From Squalus acanthias (lineage: Eukaryota): a stretch of DNA of 64,000 nt. Under the pieces are notes generated by a model. That model ran no database searches. It worked only from the letters and a program-made list of their open reading frames with translations, and was not told the origin of the DNA. The stretch spans positions 100,564,001 to 100,628,000 of the forward strand of contig CM059428.1 of the NCBI GenBank assembly GCA_030390025.1, in the 5' to 3' direction. Positions 14,401-26,400 of the stretch are shown in pieces (positions within the stretch are counted from its first letter, which is position 1; the number at the start of each line of letters is the position of its first letter). The translations under genes were made by a program, and so were the position numbers.

Positions 14401-17400
14401 TGGATTGGTAGATAACAGATAAAAGATGCATGATCACTCGAGTGCTACAGAAGCCAACACTATTAATCAACTAAGAAGCTAGGGGTCTTTAAAAAGGGAA
14501 AAAGAAAATGGAGAAAATTATGAATAGTTTAAAAAAAGATTCACAATATAAAAAACAACTTACCTTTTCACCTTTGGGACCAGGCGTACCAGCACCACCT
14601 TGCTCACCTGACATGCCCATTGAACCTTGAGGACCTTGATGCCCAGGAATACCAGCAACACCAACTTCACCCTAATAAGGAAGTGGTAACAACTGATTAA
14701 GGTTGCTGAGAGTTAGTTAATACAACACCATACTTAAGGCACTAAAAGCCCCTTTGCTACCTCTTCCCAAGAAATTCGAGTTGCAGTGTAGGACCCCAAT
14801 TTAAGGAGCCTAGCGCCAGTTTCCGATGTGTGCCCTGGGCAACTAAAAGTCACCCAAGTCAATATGGCATCCGGCACATTACCGGCGCAGTTTCTTACGC
14901 CGGAAAAATGGGGAGAATGTGAATTTGTCCCCCTCTGTATCCATATTAATACCACATAAGATGTGTGTAAATGATTTCAAAGAAATACAATAAGAGATCA
15001 AGGAGGAGACACCAAAGCATAGGCTGAATGTTGATAATAAGACTCCTAAAAATATTCCTAATAACTACTGTAAAAATGTTTTAGGAACTCGAGTTAAATT
15101 GTGAGAAATATTAAAAGCAACTAGGGAGAATGTATCATTTATGACTGGCTTTGATTAGAATTTCCCGCTGGAAATGAAGGGTGCAATCACGGTGTAATGG
15201 TGTGTGGGTAGTGCAAACTGGTTTCCCTTCACATTGACACAGCAATGGGACTGCAGTATGAATCCAATGTCGGGCTAAGCTGACACCAGAACAAAGTGGA
15301 GTGCGGCACACTGTGTTATACAGGAGACAAACTATCAACTTGTAAAAGTGTTCTGATATAATTTAAAAAGAGCCACCAGAAATTCACTAATTAACTGCTG
15401 AATGAATTTGGGTGGCACCAACTGTACATTTGTGATGTCTATAATTAGATTTTAAGATACAAATTAAACACCTTCCTTGTTTTCAAAGAACTTTTAGAAG
15501 GCAGGTGTCAGTCGTTCAATAGAGTTGTTTGCTTTCAACATACCTTTCCACCATCAGAACCAGGAGCACCTTGGGCACCACGTGAACCAGTAAGACCCTG
15601 GGAACCTGCAGCACCTCGTTCACCTGGGAGACCTCGTTCACCCTAAATGGAAAAATGTGAAGCGCACTACTTTAATCATGATCTTATGACATTAAACAAA
15701 CTGAAAGTGCAAAACCACAGAAGAGACTTAAACATACTCTTGAGCCGGAGGCACCTGGAGTTCCAGAATCACCTCGGATACCCTGTAGAGAAATGAGAGG
15801 GTAATAAGTAAGATGTACAAATTAAAAATTAAAAAGAAACAAAGATGCTAACTTTGGCTATTATGGTGAAGACTTGCTCTGAGTGCTATTGTAATGATTT
15901 CAGAAGCCCTTTGGGTTTATGATTTCATTTCACACACCTCAAAAAGGGAACCATACCCTTATAGGTTTATAATGAAGAAAAATAAAAGAAGCTTTCCATT
16001 GGCTAGTAAGAATGCTGGTATGAACACATCATTCACTTGTATATTCTATAGTTTTTTCAAAATTCATTATTTGCATAATTTTGCACCATACCGTTCAGAT
16101 TATTCAAGTTCAAACATATGGATCATACTCTGTTTCTCTCTCTACAGATGCTGCCTGACCTGCTGAGTATTTCCAGCGTTTTCTGTTTTTATTTTATATG
16201 GATCATACAAGCTATTTCTCATATTTTGTCCCTCATTATTGTTTGCCTTACCCGATCACCTGGTTTACCAAGTTCTCCAACCGCACCAGAAGGACCAGGG
16301 ACGCCCTATAATAACAGAAAAAAATAAGCCCAACATTAGCACATTATGATTGCAATACCAGATACCTGTAAAAGGGAATTTAATGGGTGAAAAATCATGT
16401 GCAGTTGGCAGACAAATCGCACATTTATAAAATGTTTTTATTGTCTTTTCACTTAAGAATCAAAACATTTTTTGGAAAATTACTTCATACTACATCCTTC
16501 TCAGTAACTACACCAAATTTTAAAAATATTAAATTGTATAAATTATTGCTGGAGATGTTAATGTATGAGTTGCTTAACTTGCTTATACTAACTTCCTCCC
16601 TCTACTATTTTAACAGAGGAATTAATCTGTTTAATTTAACCCATTTAATTTAAACAAAGGGAGGAACTTGGTATGAGTATGTTAAATGTTTGTAGAATAA
16701 TATCATTGACAGTAATTCTACCCTTAAGACTTGAAATTAGTGCATGCTGCTTATGATTAGTGTTAATGAAATGAGAAATCTTTCAAATCTATCTTTTTAG
16801 CTAAGAGAAGACTATGTCATCACTCACAGACATTCGACCTTCAGCAATATTTAACAGTTAGTAAATCACCCTTTATTGTCACTTCAAAAACAAACTGCTT
16901 TAATACAAGAATTACATGTATCAGTAAAACACCTGTTTTATTTAATGGGAAAAACACGTACTACATCCTGGTGGAACTAAGATTTAGTTAATGGGTTTTA
17001 AACAAACTCCAGGTAGATAGAAGTGGTTATCGTTGGCTAACTACAGCCTGCAAACACTTGCAGTAGGTTCAACCCAATACCGGCTCTTTTATCTCCACCA
17101 GTGATGGGATATTTGTAATTTCTTAATTCAGTGCTTGCAAGGTAATTCTGATACAGTAGAATTAATATTATTAACAAAGTGATTGTAACAACTTCCAGTC
17201 AGCCATAACGTAACATTTGGAAAAGATGATTAAAATGCAATTGCTAGAAGGACATTTTTGCATTGAAATCAAGCCGTGTGCTATTAGTACGACACACATT
17301 AACACATATGTATGAACATTCATTGTCTGCTAATTATACAAAGATGTTAACCCATTTATTTTAAATATATTTTCATTAGAACAGTACACCAGCCAATTGC

Positions 17401-20400
17401 AACCCATTTGTGTTTTATAGTAAAATGTACAGTATTACTTTACTCATTTTTATGTCCCATTTTACTGTGCTGTTATATATAAAAGTATTATAATTCAACA
17501 AGCTTATACTATTGTACCTAGTACAAAAAAATATTCAATTTCAGAGACATACCTGGAAACCAGAACTGCCAGCTGGACCCGATTCACCTCTCGCTCCAAC
17601 AGCACCCTAATGAATAACAACACTGAAATTGTTCATCAGGTCAAATTGCTGAGTGCTAACTATATTTAACTTGTCAAATTTGTATATACAATATATATGG
17701 TAGTCAAAAGTAAATTAATTTATTCTGTAATAATATTATCATTTAAAAATTTCTATTGCATAAATGTTAATATGTCCATTACATACATTTATTATTAGTT
17801 TAGCTACTATATAACATCTACCAGTATAAAGTATACATACCTGATAAAGTTGCATGAAGAAAACGTTTTTCAGATTTCAAAATAATAGCCGTGATAAAAA
17901 TTTTGAAATTAAACTGTGTGAATAGCAGCATGCAAACACTTTAATACACCTATATCCAATTCCTCTATCCATCATTTAAATCTAGACATTAACCCATTTA
18001 TTTTAAATTGGTTAAAGCTTTTGTTAAAGTAAAGGAAAAGGAATTGCATATGAATGTATTAAGCGTTCATCAATTCATATTCATACGGCATCATTTTAAG
18101 GCCTATGCTTGTATCTACAAACATCTGATCTACTTACAGAAACACCACCAGGACCTTGTGCTCCAACTTCACCATCTTTGCCAGCTGCACCCTGAAGGAC
18201 AAAAGCATCAGAGGAAAATCTTGTCAGTTCTATTACTTACATCAATAAACGCTACTTACTGTCATGTCTGTATTCTTCATACTGCATTTAACATTCAGAA
18301 CAAATAGGTCAATTGCATTTTGTGTCTGCTGTTTTTGGAGATTCCTGTGATTCTATATCCTATACAGTGGCCTGCTCTATTACTGACTTTACTGGAGACA
18401 TGGGAATGATTGCTACATGTTTCTCCAGAAATGGAGAATTATCTACAGATTTATGCATTTTTGTAAATGCCAAATTCTGCCTTTATTATATTTTATTCTT
18501 TGCTTTGTGTAATTCCCATAGAAACTTTATTTAATAAGAGCAACAGATCAGAAAATATTAACAATAATTGCTCTTTCTCCCACACATTGGGAGGCGATTT
18601 TCAACTGTTGGCCGCCCTTTTCTCGCCTGAAAAACAGGTGACCAGCAGAGGAAAATCTGAAGGGCACCTTGCCCACCTGATTCCATTTTCAGGCAGGTCT
18701 TTAAATAGGTGTCCAGCCTCTCTCATCCAAAATGGGTGAGAGGTTATTTAAATATGTAAATTAGGGTCATAGGATGCTGATTGTAATATTAATTTAATTA
18801 TGGGTGGAGTATGTGCCATGCATACTAGTCCCAGCTGTACCAGACGTTTAGCAGTCTAACCAACAGTCCATAGAAAGACCAGGAAAAGGTATTATTTTTA
18901 TTTTTAAGCTTTTTGTGAGATCCAGAGGACCAGACCCTACCTGCCAGCCACTCTGTGTGGAAGCCGGCAATTTTCCACAGTCTGAATCCGGCAACCTGTG
19001 CCCATTTTGCTCCTGCAGCTTGCCGGTAAGGTTTAAATAAGGCCCGAACCTGAAAATGATTCAGGGCTCGTGACTGTAGCCTTAGGCGTGTGCCGCGGGC
19101 TCACTCACGACTTCAATGTCCGTTTTGGGTCGAAATTGAAAATCCTCCAAATTATTTTGTAACCTCTCACCCAGTCTGCATCCAATCATTCCTTATCTTA
19201 AGTTCCCACTTAATGTGCATGACTTTTGTGAGTAATTGAAGGAAGGTAGGCTCCTGGAATGTAGCTTCTTGTATATGAAAAAAATAATGTTCAGATTGCC
19301 TCACAGAACAGCAGACTGACATTTGTCTGCAATAAATATTCTCCATGATGTGGAGATGCTGGTGTTGGACTGGGGTGGACAAATGTGAGAAGTCGCACAA
19401 CACCAGGTTATAGTCCAACAGCTTTATTTGAAATCACAAGCTTTCGAAGCGCTGCTCCAAGGAGCAGCGCTCCGAAAGCTTGTGATTTCAAATAAAGCTG
19501 TTGGACTATAACCTGGTGTTGTGCGACTTCTCACATAAATATTCTCAGTTCTCCTCAAGTACAGTACTGTTGAAGGTCCACTTCGGTTTTTACTATGGCT
19601 TTTAGACTAGTTACCTGTTTTTGGACATAGCATTTTTTGATTGTCTAAGAGGTCTAATGTTGAGGCAAAGTTTTCCTTTTTAGAAAAATAGGACCATAGC
19701 CTTGAATTTTGCCATGAAACATTGCATATGAATGCTAATGCAATTGTCTGAAATTCATCCTTCTACCATTTTAGTGGAGCTATGAACCCATTTGAAATAA
19801 ATCAGTTAATGCCTCCGCTAAAATAGTGGAGCAAGGAATTTCAGAAGATACAATAAAGTTTGAATACTTGAATTTCATGGCTGAATTTCAACACCTAGGG
19901 GGTAATGTAACCTAACCCACCCACCGGGGAACTCTTGGGATTGGATTGCCCGCCTGTTTTACAACCTGCTCAATTTTACTTTCCGTTGAAGTCAATGTAT
20001 AATAATTCCTACATAGAAAATGTGGTTAAATTATCTTTAAGTGACAGGCATTAATATTGGAGGAATTTGTGACATAGTCAACATAGATCAGACACTAAAA
20101 GCTGGAAGTTACTATTATCAATATTCGCAGATTAACACTTAACTGTTCCATGCAATGGTCCTGTGTTATTTTAATGTAGGAATTAACCCTTTTATTTAAA
20201 ATGTGTTAACCCTCTGTTAAAATAATGGACAGAGGAACATTATGCAAACAAGTTAAGTGTTTATCTGCTAATATCACAATAATAGCTTCTACCCGTAAAT
20301 GGTTCTAAAAAGCACCACTCTTACTGTAAGTGAAATAGACCATTGATGCTTGAGTGTATTATGTATTGACTTTATACAGAGCATTAAATAAGCAATACTG

Positions 20401-23400
20401 TTGAAACTATTGCAGAAGTACTAATGACATTAAACATACCCTAGCACCACTAGGACCGACACCTCCTCTGTCTCCAGGCTTACCAAGTGCACCCTGGGAA
20501 ATAAAGCAGATATTGTAATAAGAATAAGCTATGACTCCGTTACAAGGGTATTTTTTAATCTTTGGCATTTTGAAGAATCATGTTTGAACTCTTATCTAAA
20601 TGAAGGAATATTCCAACTAGCTCATATTTTACTTAACGTGACTAACAGGGTTTATTTCTGAGTTAAAATTTGGGGGCTTAATTACTAGACAATATATGGT
20701 TGCAGAGCTAGTGCAGAACAAGCAAAAGGCGCTTTCACATTTAGAACTTCTGTAGTTGAGACCGTGGGAGTTGGCACCCATATTATTAGCTCCCTGCATT
20801 TACATTGCTAAAACTATCAATGCTGCCATTCGGATATGAGAGCTGGTTTTAGTTATGTAAATGCAGGAAGCCGGCACATGAACATCACTCAGCCACAATC
20901 CAAACAGCTGATGCATCAAGTGTATAAGCTCCTAAAGAATAACACTTTCACCAGCTGTTTAAGAGCAGAATCAATCTCCAATCACTTCTTATTGCTTGTC
21001 TAACTAAAGCTGTATTTTGAGTGTCAAAGCTACAATTCAGAATACACAAAGGAATTGGCTGTAATATAAATCATTTTGCTTAAGTTCATAGAATATTAAA
21101 AGTTTTTAAAGGAAAAATTTATTTTAAACAAACTTAACATTTAAATAATTTCAGTTTGGAAAAATGATATTTATAGATCAACGGTAAAGGCTACTCAGAT
21201 AATGTTAAAACAAAATATTTTGAATTTTAGAATTTATTTACTGGTAAAAATTTAATTGTGTTACTTACAGTAGCGCCCTTTGGACCAGGGAAGCCCATCA
21301 TACCAGCCTGACCTCTTGGGCCAGCAGAACCAGCGGCACCAGAACGTCCTTCTTCACCAACTGCGCCCTACAATGTATGATCTTAGACAATGAAACAATG
21401 TTCTTCACAAGTTACTGTAGCATATCTTACATATAGCTCAATTAATTGTACTTTGGTTTATTGTTTTACTTCCATGCATATTATTGCTAGTTGCAAAAAC
21501 ATTTGAGCGAATACTTTGCATTTGTTATTCATTTGTAATTTCATAGTAGTTGGTATTGCAGCATAAGGTACAATGCACAAAATCTAACACATTAGTAGGC
21601 TTTAGTATTTTAAGGATCACATTGTAGAAAGTTGTGGTATGGACAACAAAAAGTGAAAATCAATTGAGGAAGATATCCATGGTTACTAATTATCCTATGA
21701 TATTATCTCCAGTGATATGTAAATTGCAGCAGGATTTGTATCTTTAATCTGCTGGTCTACATATTGGTTTGAAATACGACTGAGATTTAGTTCAGGATAC
21801 TATAATATTACTAACACTCTAATTATGACCAGACAGTAATACATAAAACAGCTGCAACCAAATCAAAGTAAACAGCTGCAGTTGAATTGAGATAGTGAAT
21901 ACCTTTAATCAATATGGCTCAGAATTCTGTGTTCAAGGCATAGTTAGGATCTAATATAACATTCAAAATGTTGCCGTATGGACGCTCCTTTCTAATAGCC
22001 TAAATGCCAATACTTTCTCAAGAAGGTTATTCTGATAATTTGACTTTTGTTTAGCTAAAAATTATTTTATTACATTTTAGTACACTCCTTGTGTACTGCT
22101 AGTCTTGGATACTTTCTCCATATAAATGTCACTGCAAAGCTATATTTAAGCAACTGTATCTGGAATTCCTATATATGGATATGGGTTCATGACATTTTTA
22201 GGTAATAAGTAACTGATAATACAATTATATATTTGCTTTAATGTAGCTAATTGTGAAGTGCAGTTTTTGTGTAGGAGGCAGATTTTGTGTACAATATTAA
22301 AAGAAAATATTATTTCACGTTACTGGGGTATAGGACATAGCTTTTGTTAAGTAATAATGATTATGCAATGTTATTGCATCATAAATATGTAATTGTTAGT
22401 ATCACTAAATGGCACAGTGTTTGCAGTTACTGTACCTACATTAATAAATTATTTGAAATGCTTTTTAATATAAAAAGTTGTTACCTTAAAGGTTAGCAAA
22501 ACCTAATGTTTGAAGCCTATTAATTATTTAAACGTTCTGTAACATTTGTAATGTAGTATCCCCATGCAATTTGCCATGCTTGATTCAAACCTACTCTTAG
22601 ATTGAATAAGCTTTCAAGAATGGGGAGCAGAAAACCTCAAAATCAACTTACAGCAGGACCTGACTTGCCTGGAGCACCTATATTGCCAGTACTACCTACG
22701 AGACCCTGAAAAATAACACATTACTGCAAGGTAAGAAAACTTACTGTAACACCTTGATTTCCAATAGCACCAGTTCTACCAGGTTGTCCAATATGACCCT
22801 ATAAATATTGAGGAAAGCAAAAAAGTTTTACATCTCATTCTATCATGTGTTCAACTAAGATATCTGATTTTAGATTTCCACTGAACTTGTCTATTCATTT
22901 TCATATAGTCTTTAAAAAAACTCTCAAGGATTAATAGTAATTAGGAATGATGACAATCCCATCTGTGAAAATGGAAGTGTGTTGCTCCTAAAAGTCCTCA
23001 ACAGATATAGATAGAAAAACCAATCGAACACCAGCTCCAAGTTAAGAAATAAGAAAAACAAAATCAGTAACATTTCATTTTTTTGAAGACATATTTATGA
23101 AAAAAATCAGGAAATAAGTTAAAATGTCTAAACTCCTTGGTAGAATTTAATAAAGAGATATTTTCTATTGTCTACAATATAATTCTGAGAGCTTCTACTA
23201 AAATGTTATTTACTATTATTTAGCATTATAAACTACAGCAGTACATCTGAGTAAGAATGTAGTTATTTGTTATAAACATTATATGAAGTTTAAAAGTATA
23301 TAAGTAAAAGGTAAATATTACTCAACAAACTTTTAATTATATGCAATACAACTAAGCCTATTACTATTCTAGTTGTTTCAATTTTACTCACCCGTGCACC

Positions 23401-26400
23401 AGGGATACCACTTTCACCAGGACGTCCAATGTCACCAGGAGGTCCTTTGGCACCAAAAGAACCAGATTCACCACGTCTGCCAGGAAGACCCTAGAAATGA
23501 AATAGAAAGTAAGATAGCAACATTCTGAACGTTACATATAAATGTATCATTCTAGTTATTTAATGCGAAGAAAAGAAATATCACAGTTTGTACAAAATAT
23601 AACCACATGTTTCTTATTTTTTACTTGATGCATTAATCTTAATAAAGCAAAGTTTACCATGCCACCAGCTCGTCCATTGGAACCTGGGATACCACGGTTA
23701 CCATGGGAACCCTGCAAATCAAATGAGAGAAAAGGTTGAAAATCTCTTTACGCATGGGACTCAATGAACTGTGCATGTGTTAATCTTAAACAATTGTAAC
23801 TCAGAATTAATATTTTCTCATTTATCATAATGTTGTTGTTTTACTGTACTACTAATTTTTTTATATATATATAATTATTATGAAGTACATAGACTAATGT
23901 TATGCAGGCAAAACTGTTATGGTTCATTCTGTATGTATATGATTGTCACACACAAATTCTTGTGATCAGCACATTAGAACTTCATAAAAATTATCCTAAT
24001 AAGTTATAATTATAATTAAAATGTTCAATAGTATTCAGACAGAAATGCATTTGTGAGTATACTGAATCCCTTTTAATAATCTCAGATTCATTAGACCAGA
24101 AATATCTTGCTAGGACTTTATAATTACAAAAAATAGATATAAGCTTTCCTATTTCATTAAATATCTGTAAATATTATTACAAAAAAGTAGTTATTGATTT
24201 GTTTTAAAAAACTGAAGATCTGTAAATATAATTCAGTAATATGTCAGTGCAATTTTTACAATTTAAAATTAACCTTACCCTTTCGCCAGAAATTCCTATA
24301 AGTCCCTGAGAACCAACTTCACCACGAGGACCTTGCTTGCCTTCTTCACCACGAGGACCAGCAACACCTGAAGGGCCGGCATCACCCTGGTTTTGGAACA
24401 AAAAGATGCAGACATGAGCAATGGTTGACAGAAAATCTCATGGCAATCAAAAATATGGAAGAAAATGTGCAAATAAAATATAACATGCATATCAAATAAA
24501 AAGTCCTTACAGGCTCGCCTTTGGAACCGGTCTCACCCTTGATACCAATAGCGCCTGGTTCACCCTGGGCAGGAAGTTTACAAAAGAAAAGGTTTATTAG
24601 AAATTTAGTCATAACTTTAGTAAAATGACATTGTTTCATTCCATGAAAGGATTATTTATGGTAATTGCTTTACTATAGGATTGTGTATTTTACTTACAGA
24701 GAGTCCCCGAAGACCTGCAGGACCAAGTGTTCCATGTTGGCCAGCGAGACCAGTTGGCCCTGGAAAACCAGGAGCACCTGCGATACCTGGAGTACCCTAT
24801 GTAAAACAAGCACAAGACAAACATTTGTTATTTTAAAATATAAGTGGACTTATCAATGAGACAGTTTATGAAAGCACTACATAGGTGTGCCAAAAATACT
24901 TACAACTGCACCCTTTGATCCAGTGATACCATTTGCACCTGCATTACCCTAGGATTAAAAAAAAGTATGAATATAGTAGATGCAATATTTCCAGTTTGAT
25001 CAAATAATATCGCAAAATGCCATAATATTGTTACCACAAGTACTTACCAGAAGACCCAATGGACCAACTGGACCACTAGCACCAGGCTCACCTCTAGAGC
25101 CCTGAGCACCAGACGGACCACGAGCACCATGTGGTCCAAGCTCACCCTATGTTATACAGAAATAAAAGAAAGTCAAATTGTGTATTTGACATAAGTTATC
25201 ACAGGTATGTTGTATTTATTAATGTGCTAACAGCTCATTGATACAGTATCAAGCACATCCAGCACAAAACTAACTTTCTTTATAACCTTCAACTAACTGA
25301 ACATTACACATTGAGATAGTCTGATTTTGCTTAGCTGTGGCCTATTTTACTTCTCGTTGTTTTTAATTCTGTTGTTTTTATAAGGACGTTAAAACAAGTG
25401 GAATGGTCACTATAGTAGATCCCATCTAACAAAAATATTAAAATACTATTTATGAATCATTTCAATTGATATACAGTGAAGAGAACATAGTATTAATAGA
25501 TATTTAATTAAAAAACTTTTGGTACTAGAATAAATAAATTATAACTTTATTGTTTTTATCTATATTCAGTTTGTGGAGAAATTTTTAGACTTTTTACCAC
25601 CAAACTGTAACTTTTAAAACATCTGAATTACTGTCAATGCAGTCCAAAATCAAATAAAAAATCAAATGGCTGTGCTTTTGACTTTATTCTGTGGTATAAA
25701 TTAAATGATATCGAATGATCAAGCCAATGGCAGGAAGTTATATAACGATATTGCTCAAGTTCATTTGTTGGATCTAATTATAGGATGTTATTTAGAATAA
25801 AAATGAAAAACAGAGTACTTTTAATTTTCTTCATTCCCACAAATAATGCACACTGACATTTCTTTAAAATCATATGTTAATACATACACTTCTTTGACTA
25901 AAAGCCATTCTGAGTACTGACAGATCAAATCTGTGGTAGTATGAAAACAAAACCGTGACTTTCACAGGGACTAGCTGAGAAACACACCATTCTTATGGAG
26001 ACCTCACTAAATAATCAATAATTTAATTTTGATGGTATTATTTCACTTTCTGAAATAAGCTATGGATGCAACATTCTCCTGGTAGGCAGAATGTCCTAAG
26101 ATAGTCATGACAATTAATTTAGTTATAAATAACCCAACATAATTTTAGTTTGAATAATAATCAAGATACTTCTACCCTTTGCCACAGCATCGACATGTTT
26201 TCTCAGGAATGTTGTAAAATTGTGAGTTATTTGCCATTAATATCACTGAGTTTCAGAACTCTTGTGACATCAGAAGTGTCCAAATAGGAAGCACAAAAAA
26301 ATGACAGGATACAGATGAGAAATCCAGTTAATAAATAGATGCCTATAGTTACAGCTACCAATCATTACACCCTCAGGTTTGTGGAAGCGTAAGTTAAAAT

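Noticed and set aside
15738-15782. RGDS motifs in exons 30 and 40
   Set aside because: RGD occurs commonly in collagen helices and is cryptic in the native fold; not distinctive
19383-19536. Hairpin as a miRNA gene or CRISPR-like repeat
   Set aside because: TSD-flanked, with a dispersed second copy and no spacer array; explained as a retroelement insertion
22706-22744. Read-through or retention joining exons 24a and 24b into one 147-nt exon
   Set aside because: The spacer is in frame but has a TAA stop and breaks Gly-X-Y
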